From assembly GCA_040905465.1 (NCBI GenBank), contig JBBDRK010000036.1:59375-123374 (forward strand): a DNA stretch of 64,000 bases, in the 5' to 3' direction. Shown here piece after piece: positions 26,428-34,841 of this stretch. The stretch is from Trueperaceae bacterium (GTDB lineage: Bacteria; Deinococcota; Deinococci; Deinococcales; Trueperaceae). The notes beneath the pieces were generated by a model. The model did not search any database, was not told the origin of the DNA, and saw only the letters and a program-made list of their open reading frames with translations. The first letter of the stretch is position 1; each line of letters begins with the position of its first letter. Both the position numbers and the translations under genes were made by a program.

Positions 26428-27510
26428 TGCCTGGCCGGGGAGCAGAAGCGGGCCGTCCATGCCAGGCAATACCGTAAACCCATCGAACTGAGTCACCAGC
26501 GACCCGGCGGCCTCGCCGACCTGCACGTCCGACTGCCGGCCCGCGGGGAGGTAGATGAGGAGGTGTCCCGGACCTATCTCGGCGTTTCGGTAGTGGTTGC
26601 CGTTCACGAACACCACCAGGTCAGCAGGACCGGCGTCGTACTCGAGCTCCAGCCGGACGATCTGGCCACGTGCCTCGCTGGCGCTCACGCCGGCAATCGT
26701 CAACGACGAGCGCGGCATGCTTCCGTCGGCGCGCCAACTCCCGGTCTCCGGTGTGATCCAGCCGCCGTCCTGAATCACATAGTGACCGGCGTCGTCCAGT
26801 GCCGTGGCCATGACCAACTGCTGCGCTTCGCTGCTGTCGGTGTGCAGTACCAGTTCGCTCGTGCCGGGCTCCAGCGTGAGGACCTCGCCGGTGGTGCCGG
26901 CCAGCCGTGGCAGCACCGTGAGCCTGGTGGGCACCTCCAGCAGGACGTTGAGCTCGAATCCGCCGCGCGGCTCACGGTTCACCGTGGCACGTCGCAGCGT
27001 CCGGGGCAGACGGCCGAACACCTGAGCCACCAGCGTCTCGCCCCCGGCTCCTGTCGCCACTCCGAATCCGACATGGGTGTAGCCGGTATGCAGGAGCGCC
27101 GCGCGATGTCCCGGGCTCTCCAGCCAGCCCTGGACCGCCGCCGTAGCCACGTCCTGGGGTCCCCGCAACAGTGCCAGGTTCTCGCCGGCCGTCACGCTGG
27201 GCACACCGGCGCGAGCCAGTCGGCGCGAAAGCGAGGAGCTTTCGGGGCTGGGGCTGCTGTGTGAGAAGTAGGCGAGGTTTGCCATCTCGATGGCGTGGGC
27301 GCGCGCCGCTCGCGCCAGCCCTTCGTCGTGGCCGAGGGGCGGCAGGCCATGCCGGGCTCTGGCTTCGTTAGTGGTCACGAGCAACGCAGCTTCCGCTGGC
27401 CCACTGCTTGGTGGGTCGGTCACAACCGGAAGACCGTTGGCGGCGGCGACCGACAGGAACAAGAGCAGAACGACGAGGCGGGCCACGAGGCAGTGTACGG
27501 CCGGCTCCAT
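26422..27510 (-). CDS. Secreted CAP (SCP-like) domain protein with C-terminal beta domains
   Basis: Signal peptide, TNEARARHGLPPL, AARAHA, YFSH, GENLA, WLESPGHRAALL, HVGFG. Confidence 0.88.
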   Translation of the reverse strand: MEPAVHCLVARLVVLLLFLSVAAANGLPVVTDPPSSGPAEAALLVTTNEARARHGLPPLGHDEGLARAARAHAIEMANLAYFSHSSPSPESSSLSRRLARAGVPSVTAGENLALLRGPQDVATAAVQGWLESPGHRAALLHTGYTHVGFGVATGAGGETLVAQVFGRLPRTLRRATVNREPRGGFELNVLLEVPTRLTVLPRLAGTTGEVLTLEPGTSELVLHTDSSEAQQLVMATALDDAGHYVIQDGGWITPETGSWRADGSMPRSSLTIAGVSASEARGQIVRLELEYDAGPADLVVFVNGNHYRNAEIGPGHLLIYLPAGRQSDVQVGEAAGSLVTQFDGFTVLPGMDGPLLLPGQAP

Positions 27511-27587
27511 GGGGCGCAGCGAGAGGTATTTCGCGTCGGCCGCGCAAACCCGCCCCGATGTGCGGCGCCCGTCGTCGCGTTGCGCTC

Positions 27588-27617
27588 TTGACAGCCGGGG
27601 TCCCGCCCCACTATCGT
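27588..27617 (+). promoter_or_regulatory. Sigma-70-type promoter upstream of the leader ORF and RIO kinase 1
   Basis: TTGACA 27588-27593, 18 nt spacer, TATCGT 27612-27617. Confidence 0.65.
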
Positions 27618-27647
27618 TGCCGCAACCTCAGGAAAGGTGGTGGTGTC

Positions 27648-27725
27648 ATGGGCATCCCGAAGATTGTCTTCTTACGTTTCGACAGGCACGCGCGCCTTTC
27701 CGTACCGTCCAACCCTCACAACTGA
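27648..27725 (+). CDS. Putative leader peptide MGIPKIVFLRFDRHARLSVPSNPHN (25 aa)
   Basis: AGGAAAGGTGGTG RBS, ATG about 30 nt after the -10 box, within a structured 5' leader. Confidence 0.55.
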   Translation: MGIPKIVFLRFDRHARLSVPSNPHN

Positions 27726-27839
27726 CGGCCGAGCCGAACTGCTCGATCTGAAAGGCGGCGCCCCGCATCGGGGCGAGTGGCCCGATCTGTCGCGGCCTCC
27801 GCGTGTCCCCCTGCCCGACCCATTCATCGGAGGACACGC

Positions 27840-28703
27840 TTGAAGCGAGTTGATTACGAGTTCGGCGACAGCGAGGAACGCTTCGCCCGCCGCAAGGACC
27901 GGCGCGTTCCGCGCGGGCACGTCCGGAAAAACGACCTGCTGGTCGACGAGGAGTACGCCGTTGCCAGCGGCCGGCGATTCACCGATCCCGAGTTGCAGCA
28001 CCTCTACGAGCGACGCAAGATCGACGAGTTGCTCGGCGAGGTCAAGGGCGGAAAGGAGGCGACCGTATACCTGGTCAGTGGCCCCGAGGGTCTCATGGCG
28101 GCCAAGGTCTATGCCGACCTGCGAGTGCGCGCGTTTCGAAACGACGGCGTCTACCGCAACGGGCGCTGGATCGGCGACCCACGCATCGAGAAGGCGATCA
28201 GTCAGCGTAGCGCTCAGGGGCTCGCGGCTCAGCAGGACCTGTGGGTACTGCACGAGTACGTTCAGTTGTGGGAGCTCCACGACGCGGGGTTGCCGGTGCC
28301 GAAGCCGATGATCGGACCGGACAAGGTGGACCTGGCCGACGCCGGTCGGGTAGTCCTGATGGAATACGTCGGCGATGACAGCGGCCCTGCCCCGCGACTG
28401 TCCGACGTTCGCCTCGAGGCGGCCGAGGCGCGAGCTGCGTTCGCGCAGAGCGTCGAAATCGCCGCCTCGCTGAATGCGCTGGGAAAGGTGCACGGCGACC
28501 TGTCGACCTACAACCTGCTTTGGTGGCAGGAAAAGGTGGTGGTTATCGACTTTCCGCAGATGGTAGACCTGACCGAAAACCCCGACGCGCTGAAACTGCT
28601 CGAGCGCGATGTCGTCAACCTGTGCCGGACGTTCCGGTCCCTGGGTATCGACGCCGACGCCAGACATACCCTCGACACGGTTCGACGCGAAGGTGCCGGA
28701 TGA
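27840..28703 (+). CDS. RIO1 family atypical protein kinase (copy 1)
   Basis: GGKEATVY, AAKVY, VLMEY, APRL, VHGDLSTYNLL, IDFPQ, LLERDV; GGAGGA RBS before TTG 27840. Confidence 0.92.
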   Translation: MKRVDYEFGDSEERFARRKDRRVPRGHVRKNDLLVDEEYAVASGRRFTDPELQHLYERRKIDELLGEVKGGKEATVYLVSGPEGLMAAKVYADLRVRAFRNDGVYRNGRWIGDPRIEKAISQRSAQGLAAQQDLWVLHEYVQLWELHDAGLPVPKPMIGPDKVDLADAGRVVLMEYVGDDSGPAPRLSDVRLEAAEARAAFAQSVEIAASLNALGKVHGDLSTYNLLWWQEKVVVIDFPQMVDLTENPDALKLLERDVVNLCRTFRSLGIDADARHTLDTVRREGAG

Positions 28704-28806
28704 CGCTGGCCGGACGACGGAAGCGGTTCGACCCGGTCCGCCAGCGGCTCCCCGGGCAGGCGGCAGACCGCGACCCCGCTCCCGGTGATCGGCCGGCGGC
28801 GACCCT

Positions 28807-29274
28807 ATGGTGAAGACGATGAGCGACAGAGCTGAACGCAAGTACAACCAGGAGGAGCGGGACCTGTTGATGGACGCCGCAGCCACGGTACTGTTGGCCA
28901 CCGTAGCTGCGGATCGTTCGGGACCGGTAGAGTACTTCGCCGAGATGACGGCCGCCGGAACATTCCTATACGAGGCTCGGGGCCGTTACCGGGACAACGC
29001 CTTGGTGCAGGAGCTCTACGGGCGCCAGGAGGAGAATGGCACGGCGCCGGAGCCCGAGAGCGTTACCCAGGAGACGCTCCTGAGCAACATCGACAGGGTC
29101 TCCGGGCTGCTGAGACGAGACCGGGAAGGAATCGAGTTCCGGCGCTTCCTGCTCGAGCTGGCGGAACGGGTGGCGAAGGCGTCGAGAACCGGCTGGTTCG
29201 GTCCCCGCGTTTCGGCAGAGGAAGAAAAGTTCCTGGCCGACTTGCGACACCGGCTGGGCCTGCCGGAGCAGTGA
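28807..29274 (+). CDS. Hypothetical helical protein
   Basis: Clean ORF between the two kinases (FRRFLLELAERVAKAS, VSAEE); start may be 28819. Confidence 0.75.
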   Translation: MVKTMSDRAERKYNQEERDLLMDAAATVLLATVAADRSGPVEYFAEMTAAGTFLYEARGRYRDNALVQELYGRQEENGTAPEPESVTQETLLSNIDRVSGLLRRDREGIEFRRFLLELAERVAKASRTGWFGPRVSAEEEKFLADLRHRLGLPEQ

Positions 29275-29323
29275 AGGGCAACTGCCCCACCTGCCGCCCG
29301 CCTGGCGGAGCCTATACTGCGGC

Positions 29324-30196
29324 GTGAGCGACGACGACTTCGACGGTAGCGAGGAGCGCTTCGGTGGCCGCAAGGACCGCCGGCGTCCCAAACGTGGCCG
29401 GCAGCGCAGTGAGTTGGTCGGCACCGGCGAGGCCGGCGACCGCTCCGACTTCGCCGACGCGGGACTTAGCGCGCTCCATGCCCAGGGAGCCCTGGTGTCG
29501 CTGGGGCGTCAGGTCCGCGGCGGCAAGGAAGCCACCGTCTACCGGGCCGAGGGTCCGGAGGGCCCGCTGGCGGCAAAGGTCTACAGCGACGACGAGGTGC
29601 GAGGCTTCCAGGCCGACAAGGCGTACCTGGAGGGTCGCCGGGTGTCCGACCGGCGAGTACGCAAGATGCTCGGCGACGCGCGCCGTCGGGGACTGAGCCC
29701 GCGACTCGCTCACTGGGTCTTTCACGAGTACGTGATGCTATGGCGACTGTTCGAGGCCGGCTTCACGGTGCCGCGGCCGGCGGTAGGTCCGGAAGCGGAC
29801 CGGCTGGTTGCGGCCGGCCGGGTAGTGCTGATGGAGTGGATCGGCGACGACGAGCCGGCCCCGCGCCTGGCGGACACTCAGCTGGACCCCGCCGAAGCGG
29901 AAGCGGCATGGGCACAGTCACGAGGTCTCCTCTTGGATCTGCTGAAGGAGGGACTGGTTCACGGCGACCTTTCTACCTTCAATCTTCTCTGGTGGCGGGA
30001 AGGGATCGTGCTGATCGATCTGCCGCAGACGGTCGAGTTCGAGCGTAACCAGCACGCGGCCGAGCTCCTCGAACGCGACGCTCGCTCGCTGTGCTCTTCG
30101 TTCCGCTCGTTCGGCATACAGCAGGACCCGGTACAGCTCCTCCTCGACGTTCGGCTGGCGGCCGGTCTGCCGCCGTCCGGTCCGCTGACCCGCTGA
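29324..30196 (+). CDS. RIO1 family atypical protein kinase (copy 2)
   Basis: GGKEATVY, AAKVY, VLMEW, APRL, VHGDLSTFNLL, IDLPQ, LLERDA; TATACT 5 nt before the GTG. Confidence 0.92.
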   Translation: MSDDDFDGSEERFGGRKDRRRPKRGRQRSELVGTGEAGDRSDFADAGLSALHAQGALVSLGRQVRGGKEATVYRAEGPEGPLAAKVYSDDEVRGFQADKAYLEGRRVSDRRVRKMLGDARRRGLSPRLAHWVFHEYVMLWRLFEAGFTVPRPAVGPEADRLVAAGRVVLMEWIGDDEPAPRLADTQLDPAEAEAAWAQSRGLLLDLLKEGLVHGDLSTFNLLWWREGIVLIDLPQTVEFERNQHAAELLERDARSLCSSFRSFGIQQDPVQLLLDVRLAAGLPPSGPLTR

Positions 30197-30274
30197 GGAG
30201 GGCCGCCGGTCCTCCAGAGACGATTGTCGTTGCGGTTGCGTCTCTCCCGCTTGACTCCACCTACGCTATGTCCC

Positions 30275-31360
30275 ATGGTTAGCGAACCGAGGGCGGGGAT
30301 TCGAGAAGCAGGACTTCGCTATGTGAGCGACGACAGAACCGGCATCAGCCGACGGCGACGCGGCAAGGGCTTCAGCTATCACCGTTCGGATGGAGAGCTC
30401 ATTCGCGATCCCGACGAGCGCCGGCGGATCGATGGCCTGGCGATCCCGCCTGCATATCGCGACGTCTGGATCTGCCCGGATGCGCGCGGCCACCTGCAGG
30501 CCACGGGCAGGGACGACAAGGGGCGCAAGCAGTACATCTATCATCCACAGTGGCAGGTGTTGCGCGGTCGGAACAAATTCGAACATCTGCTCACTTTTGC
30601 CGAGGTATTGCCTGGCATCCGCCACCGGGTACAGCGTGACCTCGGCCGCGAGGGGATGTCACGCGAGAAGGTGCTGGCCGCGGTGGTGACCCTGCTGGAA
30701 TCGACGCTGGCCAGGGTCGGCAATACCTCTTATGCCCGCGACAACGGTTCCTACGGGCTCACGACCATCCGCAAGAGACACGTGGAGGTCGATGAGAATG
30801 CCGTGGTGTTCGAGTTTCAGGGCAAGGGCGGCCAGGAATGGCGGGTGCAGACGGACGACGAGCGGATCGCGGAGGTAGTGCGGCAGTGCGTCGAGATCCC
30901 GGGTTACGAGCTTTTCAAGTATTTCGACGACCAGGGCACGAAGCGCGACGTCGACTCCGGAGATGTGAACGACTATCTGCGCGAACTTGCCGGGAAGGAG
31001 ATCACTGCCAAGGACTTCCGGACCTGGGCGGGCACAGTGCTGTGCGCCGAAGCGCTCTGCGAACAACCGTTCGCGAGCGACAGCCAGGCGCGCAAGAACG
31101 TCGTGGCGGCGGTGAAGAGGGTTGCCGGCACGCTCGGCAACACCCCCAGTGTGTGCCGTGAGAGCTATGTGCATCCCGTCGTGATCGAGACCTATCTGGA
31201 GGGTGCGCTGGTCGAGTCGCTGCGAACCGAGGCGCCTCGGAAGATAGCGGCGGCCGATGAGCAGGCGCTCTCCGGCAACGGCAAGGCCGGCGGACGATTG
31301 CTCCGCGGGATCGAGGCGGGAGTCCTGCGGTTGCTCGGCCTGCGGGCCGGGAACAGTTGA
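30275..31360 (+). CDS. topIB: Bacterial DNA topoisomerase IB
   Basis: LAIPPAY, GHLQATGRDDKGRKQYIYH, RVGN, SYGLTT, FQGKGG, AKDFRTW, LGNTPSVCRESYVHP (catalytic Tyr). Confidence 0.95.
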   Translation: MVSEPRAGIREAGLRYVSDDRTGISRRRRGKGFSYHRSDGELIRDPDERRRIDGLAIPPAYRDVWICPDARGHLQATGRDDKGRKQYIYHPQWQVLRGRNKFEHLLTFAEVLPGIRHRVQRDLGREGMSREKVLAAVVTLLESTLARVGNTSYARDNGSYGLTTIRKRHVEVDENAVVFEFQGKGGQEWRVQTDDERIAEVVRQCVEIPGYELFKYFDDQGTKRDVDSGDVNDYLRELAGKEITAKDFRTWAGTVLCAEALCEQPFASDSQARKNVVAAVKRVAGTLGNTPSVCRESYVHPVVIETYLEGALVESLRTEAPRKIAAADEQALSGNGKAGGRLLRGIEAGVLRLLGLRAGNS

Positions 31361-31381
31361 GGCCGGAGCGGCCGCTGCCCC

Positions 31382-32473
31382 TCAACCCTGCACCAGCCCG
31401 CGCTCGCGTGCCCACACCACGGCCTCGGCGCGATTGGTGACACCGATCTTGCGGTAGATCCGGGTAACGTAGTTGCGGACGGTCTGCGGCGTGAGAGTCA
31501 GTTCGTCTGCAATGCGCATGTTGCTGTGCCCCGCACCCACCCTTATCACTACCTCGCGTTCACGCCGGGTCAACAGGTCGATTTCGCCGCTGACGACCGT
31601 CGATCGATCCGGCGCACGCAGGCGCTCGAGCTGCTGCACGACACTCCGGCTGAACACCGACGCGCTCTGGAGTACCACCTGCGTCGCCTCGCGCAGCTTG
31701 CGTTCCATCTCCTTCTGATCGCTGATATCGACGTACACCCCGAGAATGCACTCCTCACCGCTAACCTCGACCCAGCGGTGCCACGAGAGCAGCGTCCGCG
31801 GCGCCTCGTCGCGCGCGCGCACCACCACCTCGAGCCGCTCGACCTCCTCGCCGCGGGCCAGCCGCTCGCTGGCAACCTGCAGGTGCTCGTCGTTCAGTAC
31901 CATGGAAAGCTCCGGCACTGTATGGCCGACCACTTCCGAATGCTCGTAACCGAGCAATTCCAGGAAGGCCGGGTTCGCATCGAGCACGCACTGGTCGGCC
32001 CCCCTGACGAGCGTCACCGGTACCGGCCCCCGCTCGAAGGCGGTTCGAAAGAGACTGTCGCTCTCGTGCTTGGCGGTAACGTCTTCGATGAGCAGCATCA
32101 TCAGGGGCTCGCCACTACCCTCTTCGGTGACGGTGAGCCCGGTGAACGATAGAACCGGTCGGCCCGTGGCCCAGCGCTCTTCTGCTCGCAACTCGTAATC
32201 ACGGAACGACTCACCGCGCTCGAGCCGCGCCCAGGGAAGCTCTGTCCGATCGAGGGGCGATCCTCGAAGGCAGCGCAACGGCCCCACCAGGTTGGAGAGC
32301 GACGCGATGTCCTCGACAGCGGTTTGCGGCTGCCGATCCAGGACCAGCGACGCCGCCGCCCTGTTGACAAAACGCGCTTTTCCGTTGGCATCGAAAATCA
32401 GGATCGCCTGCGGTAGGTTATCGACGACTGCCCGAAAACCGTCCGGCACGTGGTGCCCGTTTTGCACGAACAT
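31382..32473 (-). CDS. PAS-PAS-LuxR transcriptional regulator
   Basis: FVNRAA, DANPAFLELLGY, C-terminal LTRREREV...SNMRIADELTLTPQTVRNYVTRIYRKIGVTNR; GGAGGAG RBS. Confidence 0.9.
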   Translation of the reverse strand: MFVQNGHHVPDGFRAVVDNLPQAILIFDANGKARFVNRAAASLVLDRQPQTAVEDIASLSNLVGPLRCLRGSPLDRTELPWARLERGESFRDYELRAEERWATGRPVLSFTGLTVTEEGSGEPLMMLLIEDVTAKHESDSLFRTAFERGPVPVTLVRGADQCVLDANPAFLELLGYEHSEVVGHTVPELSMVLNDEHLQVASERLARGEEVERLEVVVRARDEAPRTLLSWHRWVEVSGEECILGVYVDISDQKEMERKLREATQVVLQSASVFSRSVVQQLERLRAPDRSTVVSGEIDLLTRREREVVIRVGAGHSNMRIADELTLTPQTVRNYVTRIYRKIGVTNRAEAVVWARERGLVQG

Positions 32474-32702
32474 TGGCTCTCCTCCACACCGTGGAAGGTT
32501 GGAACACACAAAGGACAGAGGAGCGTCGACTGCTGCCAGCGCCTCCCATACCTTCCCGAACTCCCCCAGGCGGTCCCGCCGAAACTAACACAAGGTCCCG
32601 GCGCTGGACAGGAGCAGACGCTTCTGCGGCAAGATAGCAGATGTCACCTCACGGGACCGAATTCCGCCGTACCCGGGGCCGGCATTGCCCCAGGGGCACC
32701 GG

Positions 32703-33497
32703 TCAACCCTGCAACAGCGACTGTCCGCCGTCGATGAAGACCTCGGCGCCGGTTATGTGCGACGCTGCGTCCGACACCAGGAACGCCACCAGCTCTGCCA
32801 CCTGTTCCGAGCTCCCCGGAACCCCGTCGGTAAGCGGGATCTCCCCTTCCGGGTACTCGACCGGCTCACGCGCCTCGCCGGCCGCCCCGCTGTCGGTATT
32901 CTCGTCGATTTCGGTCCTGATCGCCCCCGGGCACACGCTGTTCACCCGGATTCGGTACTTGGCCAGCTCGAGGGCCAGCATCCTGGCCATTGCGACCTGA
33001 GCCGCCTTGGTGGCTGCGTATGCTGTTGCCCCGGAGTTGCTGAACATGCGGGTGCCGTTCACCGACGAAGTCACCACTATCGCTCCGCCATGATCCTTGA
33101 GATGCGGGACGGCCAACTTGATCGTCGCGAAGGTTCCGAACAGATTGATGTCCACCGTCTTGCGGAATTCGTCGAACTCGAGACGCTCGATCGGCGCCCA
33201 GGTTCCGTTCACCCCGGCGTTGGCGAACACGATGTCGAGCCGTCCGTAATGGCCCGTAAGTCTCTCGACCGCCTCACCCAGGGCGCGCGGGTCGGAGATG
33301 TCGGCCTCCAGTTCGAGCGCCTCGCCGCCTGCCTCCCTTATTTCCCGGGCCACCTCGCCGAGCTCCGCCCCGGTTCGCGACAGAAGACCTACCGCAACAC
33401 CGTCGGCCGCCAGCCGTCGCGCGGCGGCGGCGCCGATTCCGGAACCGGCTCCAGTTATCAGTGCGACCCTGGATGCGACCTGTGAAACTCTCGCCAT
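32703..33497 (-). CDS. SDR family oxidoreductase
   Basis: TGAGSGIG, ANAG, YAATK, RVNSVCPG, ITGAEVFIDGG. Confidence 0.93.
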   Translation of the reverse strand: MARVSQVASRVALITGAGSGIGAAAARRLAADGVAVGLLSRTGAELGEVAREIREAGGEALELEADISDPRALGEAVERLTGHYGRLDIVFANAGVNGTWAPIERLEFDEFRKTVDINLFGTFATIKLAVPHLKDHGGAIVVTSSVNGTRMFSNSGATAYAATKAAQVAMARMLALELAKYRIRVNSVCPGAIRTEIDENTDSGAAGEAREPVEYPEGEIPLTDGVPGSSEQVAELVAFLVSDAASHITGAEVFIDGGQSLLQG

Positions 33498-33558
33498 CAG
33501 CCTCCTCCGGCCGCCACTCTAGGGCGGCAGGCGCGCCGCGACAGAGGCGCGGCACCCG

Positions 33559-34707
33559 TTAGCCGGAGCTCCGGGCCGAGGCGCGCGCGAAGAACAGCAG
33601 CAGGCTGGCAAGCAGGAGCGCCGCGGTGAGCGCCGACAGGGCGAGCGGCACCGAATCCGAGCCCAGCCCCGCCACCATGGTGCCGATGAGCGGGGAGGTG
33701 ACTACCGGACCGAGCGTGGCGCCGGCAAGCGCCAGCGGCGCCATCTGTTCCGCCCTGCGCGGGAAGGTCTCGTGCAACCAGGCGAGGGTGCTGGGGAATA
33801 TCGGCGCGAATGCCAGGCCCAGGAGGATGTAGGCGTAGGGGGCGAAGGGCACGATCTGGGTGAGCAGCGCCGCCGCCAGCGCCAGGACGGACGCAGCCAC
33901 CACCATGAGGCCGGGACGAACCACGGCGCTGATCGGGGCGGCCAGCAGCCGGCCGACGGTGATCGCCGTCCAGTAGAGCGACGTGAAGGTCGCAGCCTGC
34001 ACCGCTCCGAAGTAAGGCGTCAGGTGGGTCGTTTCCCAGGAGGCGCCCGCGACCTCGGACGAGACGTAGAGGAAGTAGATGACGACGAAGGCGAACGCCC
34101 GACCGATCGAAACCCCCATCAGCGGATCGGGCGCTTGCTGGGCGGTCGGTTCGGGGAGTCGCAGCAGCAGGAGCGTGATCACCACGCCCAGCGCCGCTAC
34201 TGCCAGGAACGCTCGTCCGACGTCGGGCACGGTGACGGCTACCAGGGCCGGACCGAGAATGGCGCCGAGGCCGAACATCGCGTTCAGCACACTCAGCACC
34301 GGGCCTATGCGACCCGCGAACGAGCGCACCACTAGCAGGTTCACGCCCACGTCCAGAACGCCGAAACCGAGACCGGCGGCGAACGAGGCGAGCAGCACGA
34401 GCGGCCACGACGAGCTCGCCCCGATCACCGCCACGCCTAGCGTCATGATCAGAGTCGAAAGGGCCAACAGCCTGGGATAGCCGAAACGGCGGATCAGCAG
34501 GCCGCTGCCAAGAATCGTGAAGAACGATCCGAGGAAGTGCAGGCTTACCGTCAGGCTCACCGATGCTGCGCTCAGGGTGAAGCGCTGCTGGAAGGTCTCG
34601 AAGGCGGGTCCGTACAGCGACTGCTCGGCGCCCACCAGCACGAAAGCCAGGAAGGAGGTCACGAGCAGGCCGCGGCGGCTGCTGGTCTTGAGTAGTCGAT
34701 TCGCCAC
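33559..34707 (-). CDS. MFS transporter (fucose-permease-like)
   Basis: About 12 TM helices, LIRRFG, LNAMFGLGAILGP, YVSSE, GRLL, APIFP. Start at 34707 or 34737. Confidence 0.85.
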   Translation of the reverse strand: MANRLLKTSSRRGLLVTSFLAFVLVGAEQSLYGPAFETFQQRFTLSAASVSLTVSLHFLGSFFTILGSGLLIRRFGYPRLLALSTLIMTLGVAVIGASSSWPLVLLASFAAGLGFGVLDVGVNLLVVRSFAGRIGPVLSVLNAMFGLGAILGPALVAVTVPDVGRAFLAVAALGVVITLLLLRLPEPTAQQAPDPLMGVSIGRAFAFVVIYFLYVSSEVAGASWETTHLTPYFGAVQAATFTSLYWTAITVGRLLAAPISAVVRPGLMVVAASVLALAAALLTQIVPFAPYAYILLGLAFAPIFPSTLAWLHETFPRRAEQMAPLALAGATLGPVVTSPLIGTMVAGLGSDSVPLALSALTAALLLASLLLFFARASARSSG

Positions 34708-34805
34708 GAGCGCCCATGATAAGCGAGCCGGTGCCACGGCCGGCGTAGGAGCCGACCGGTCTGCGAAGGTAGGGCCCGCCGCGGGGAGAGGGCCGCTATC
34801 TCCGT

Positions 34806-34811
34806 TATAAT
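34806..34811 (+). promoter_or_regulatory. -10 box (TATAAT) of alaS
   Basis: Perfect TATAAT about 30 nt upstream of the ATG, followed by AGGAGG. Confidence 0.6.
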
Positions 34812-34841
34812 CGGGGTTCGGTGCAGCAGGAGGCGTTCCCG

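Noticed and set aside
27551-31360. TopIB acting as invertase on the 19-bp inverted repeat
   Set aside because: Only a fold-level relation to tyrosine recombinases; nothing in the sequence supports site-specific recombination.
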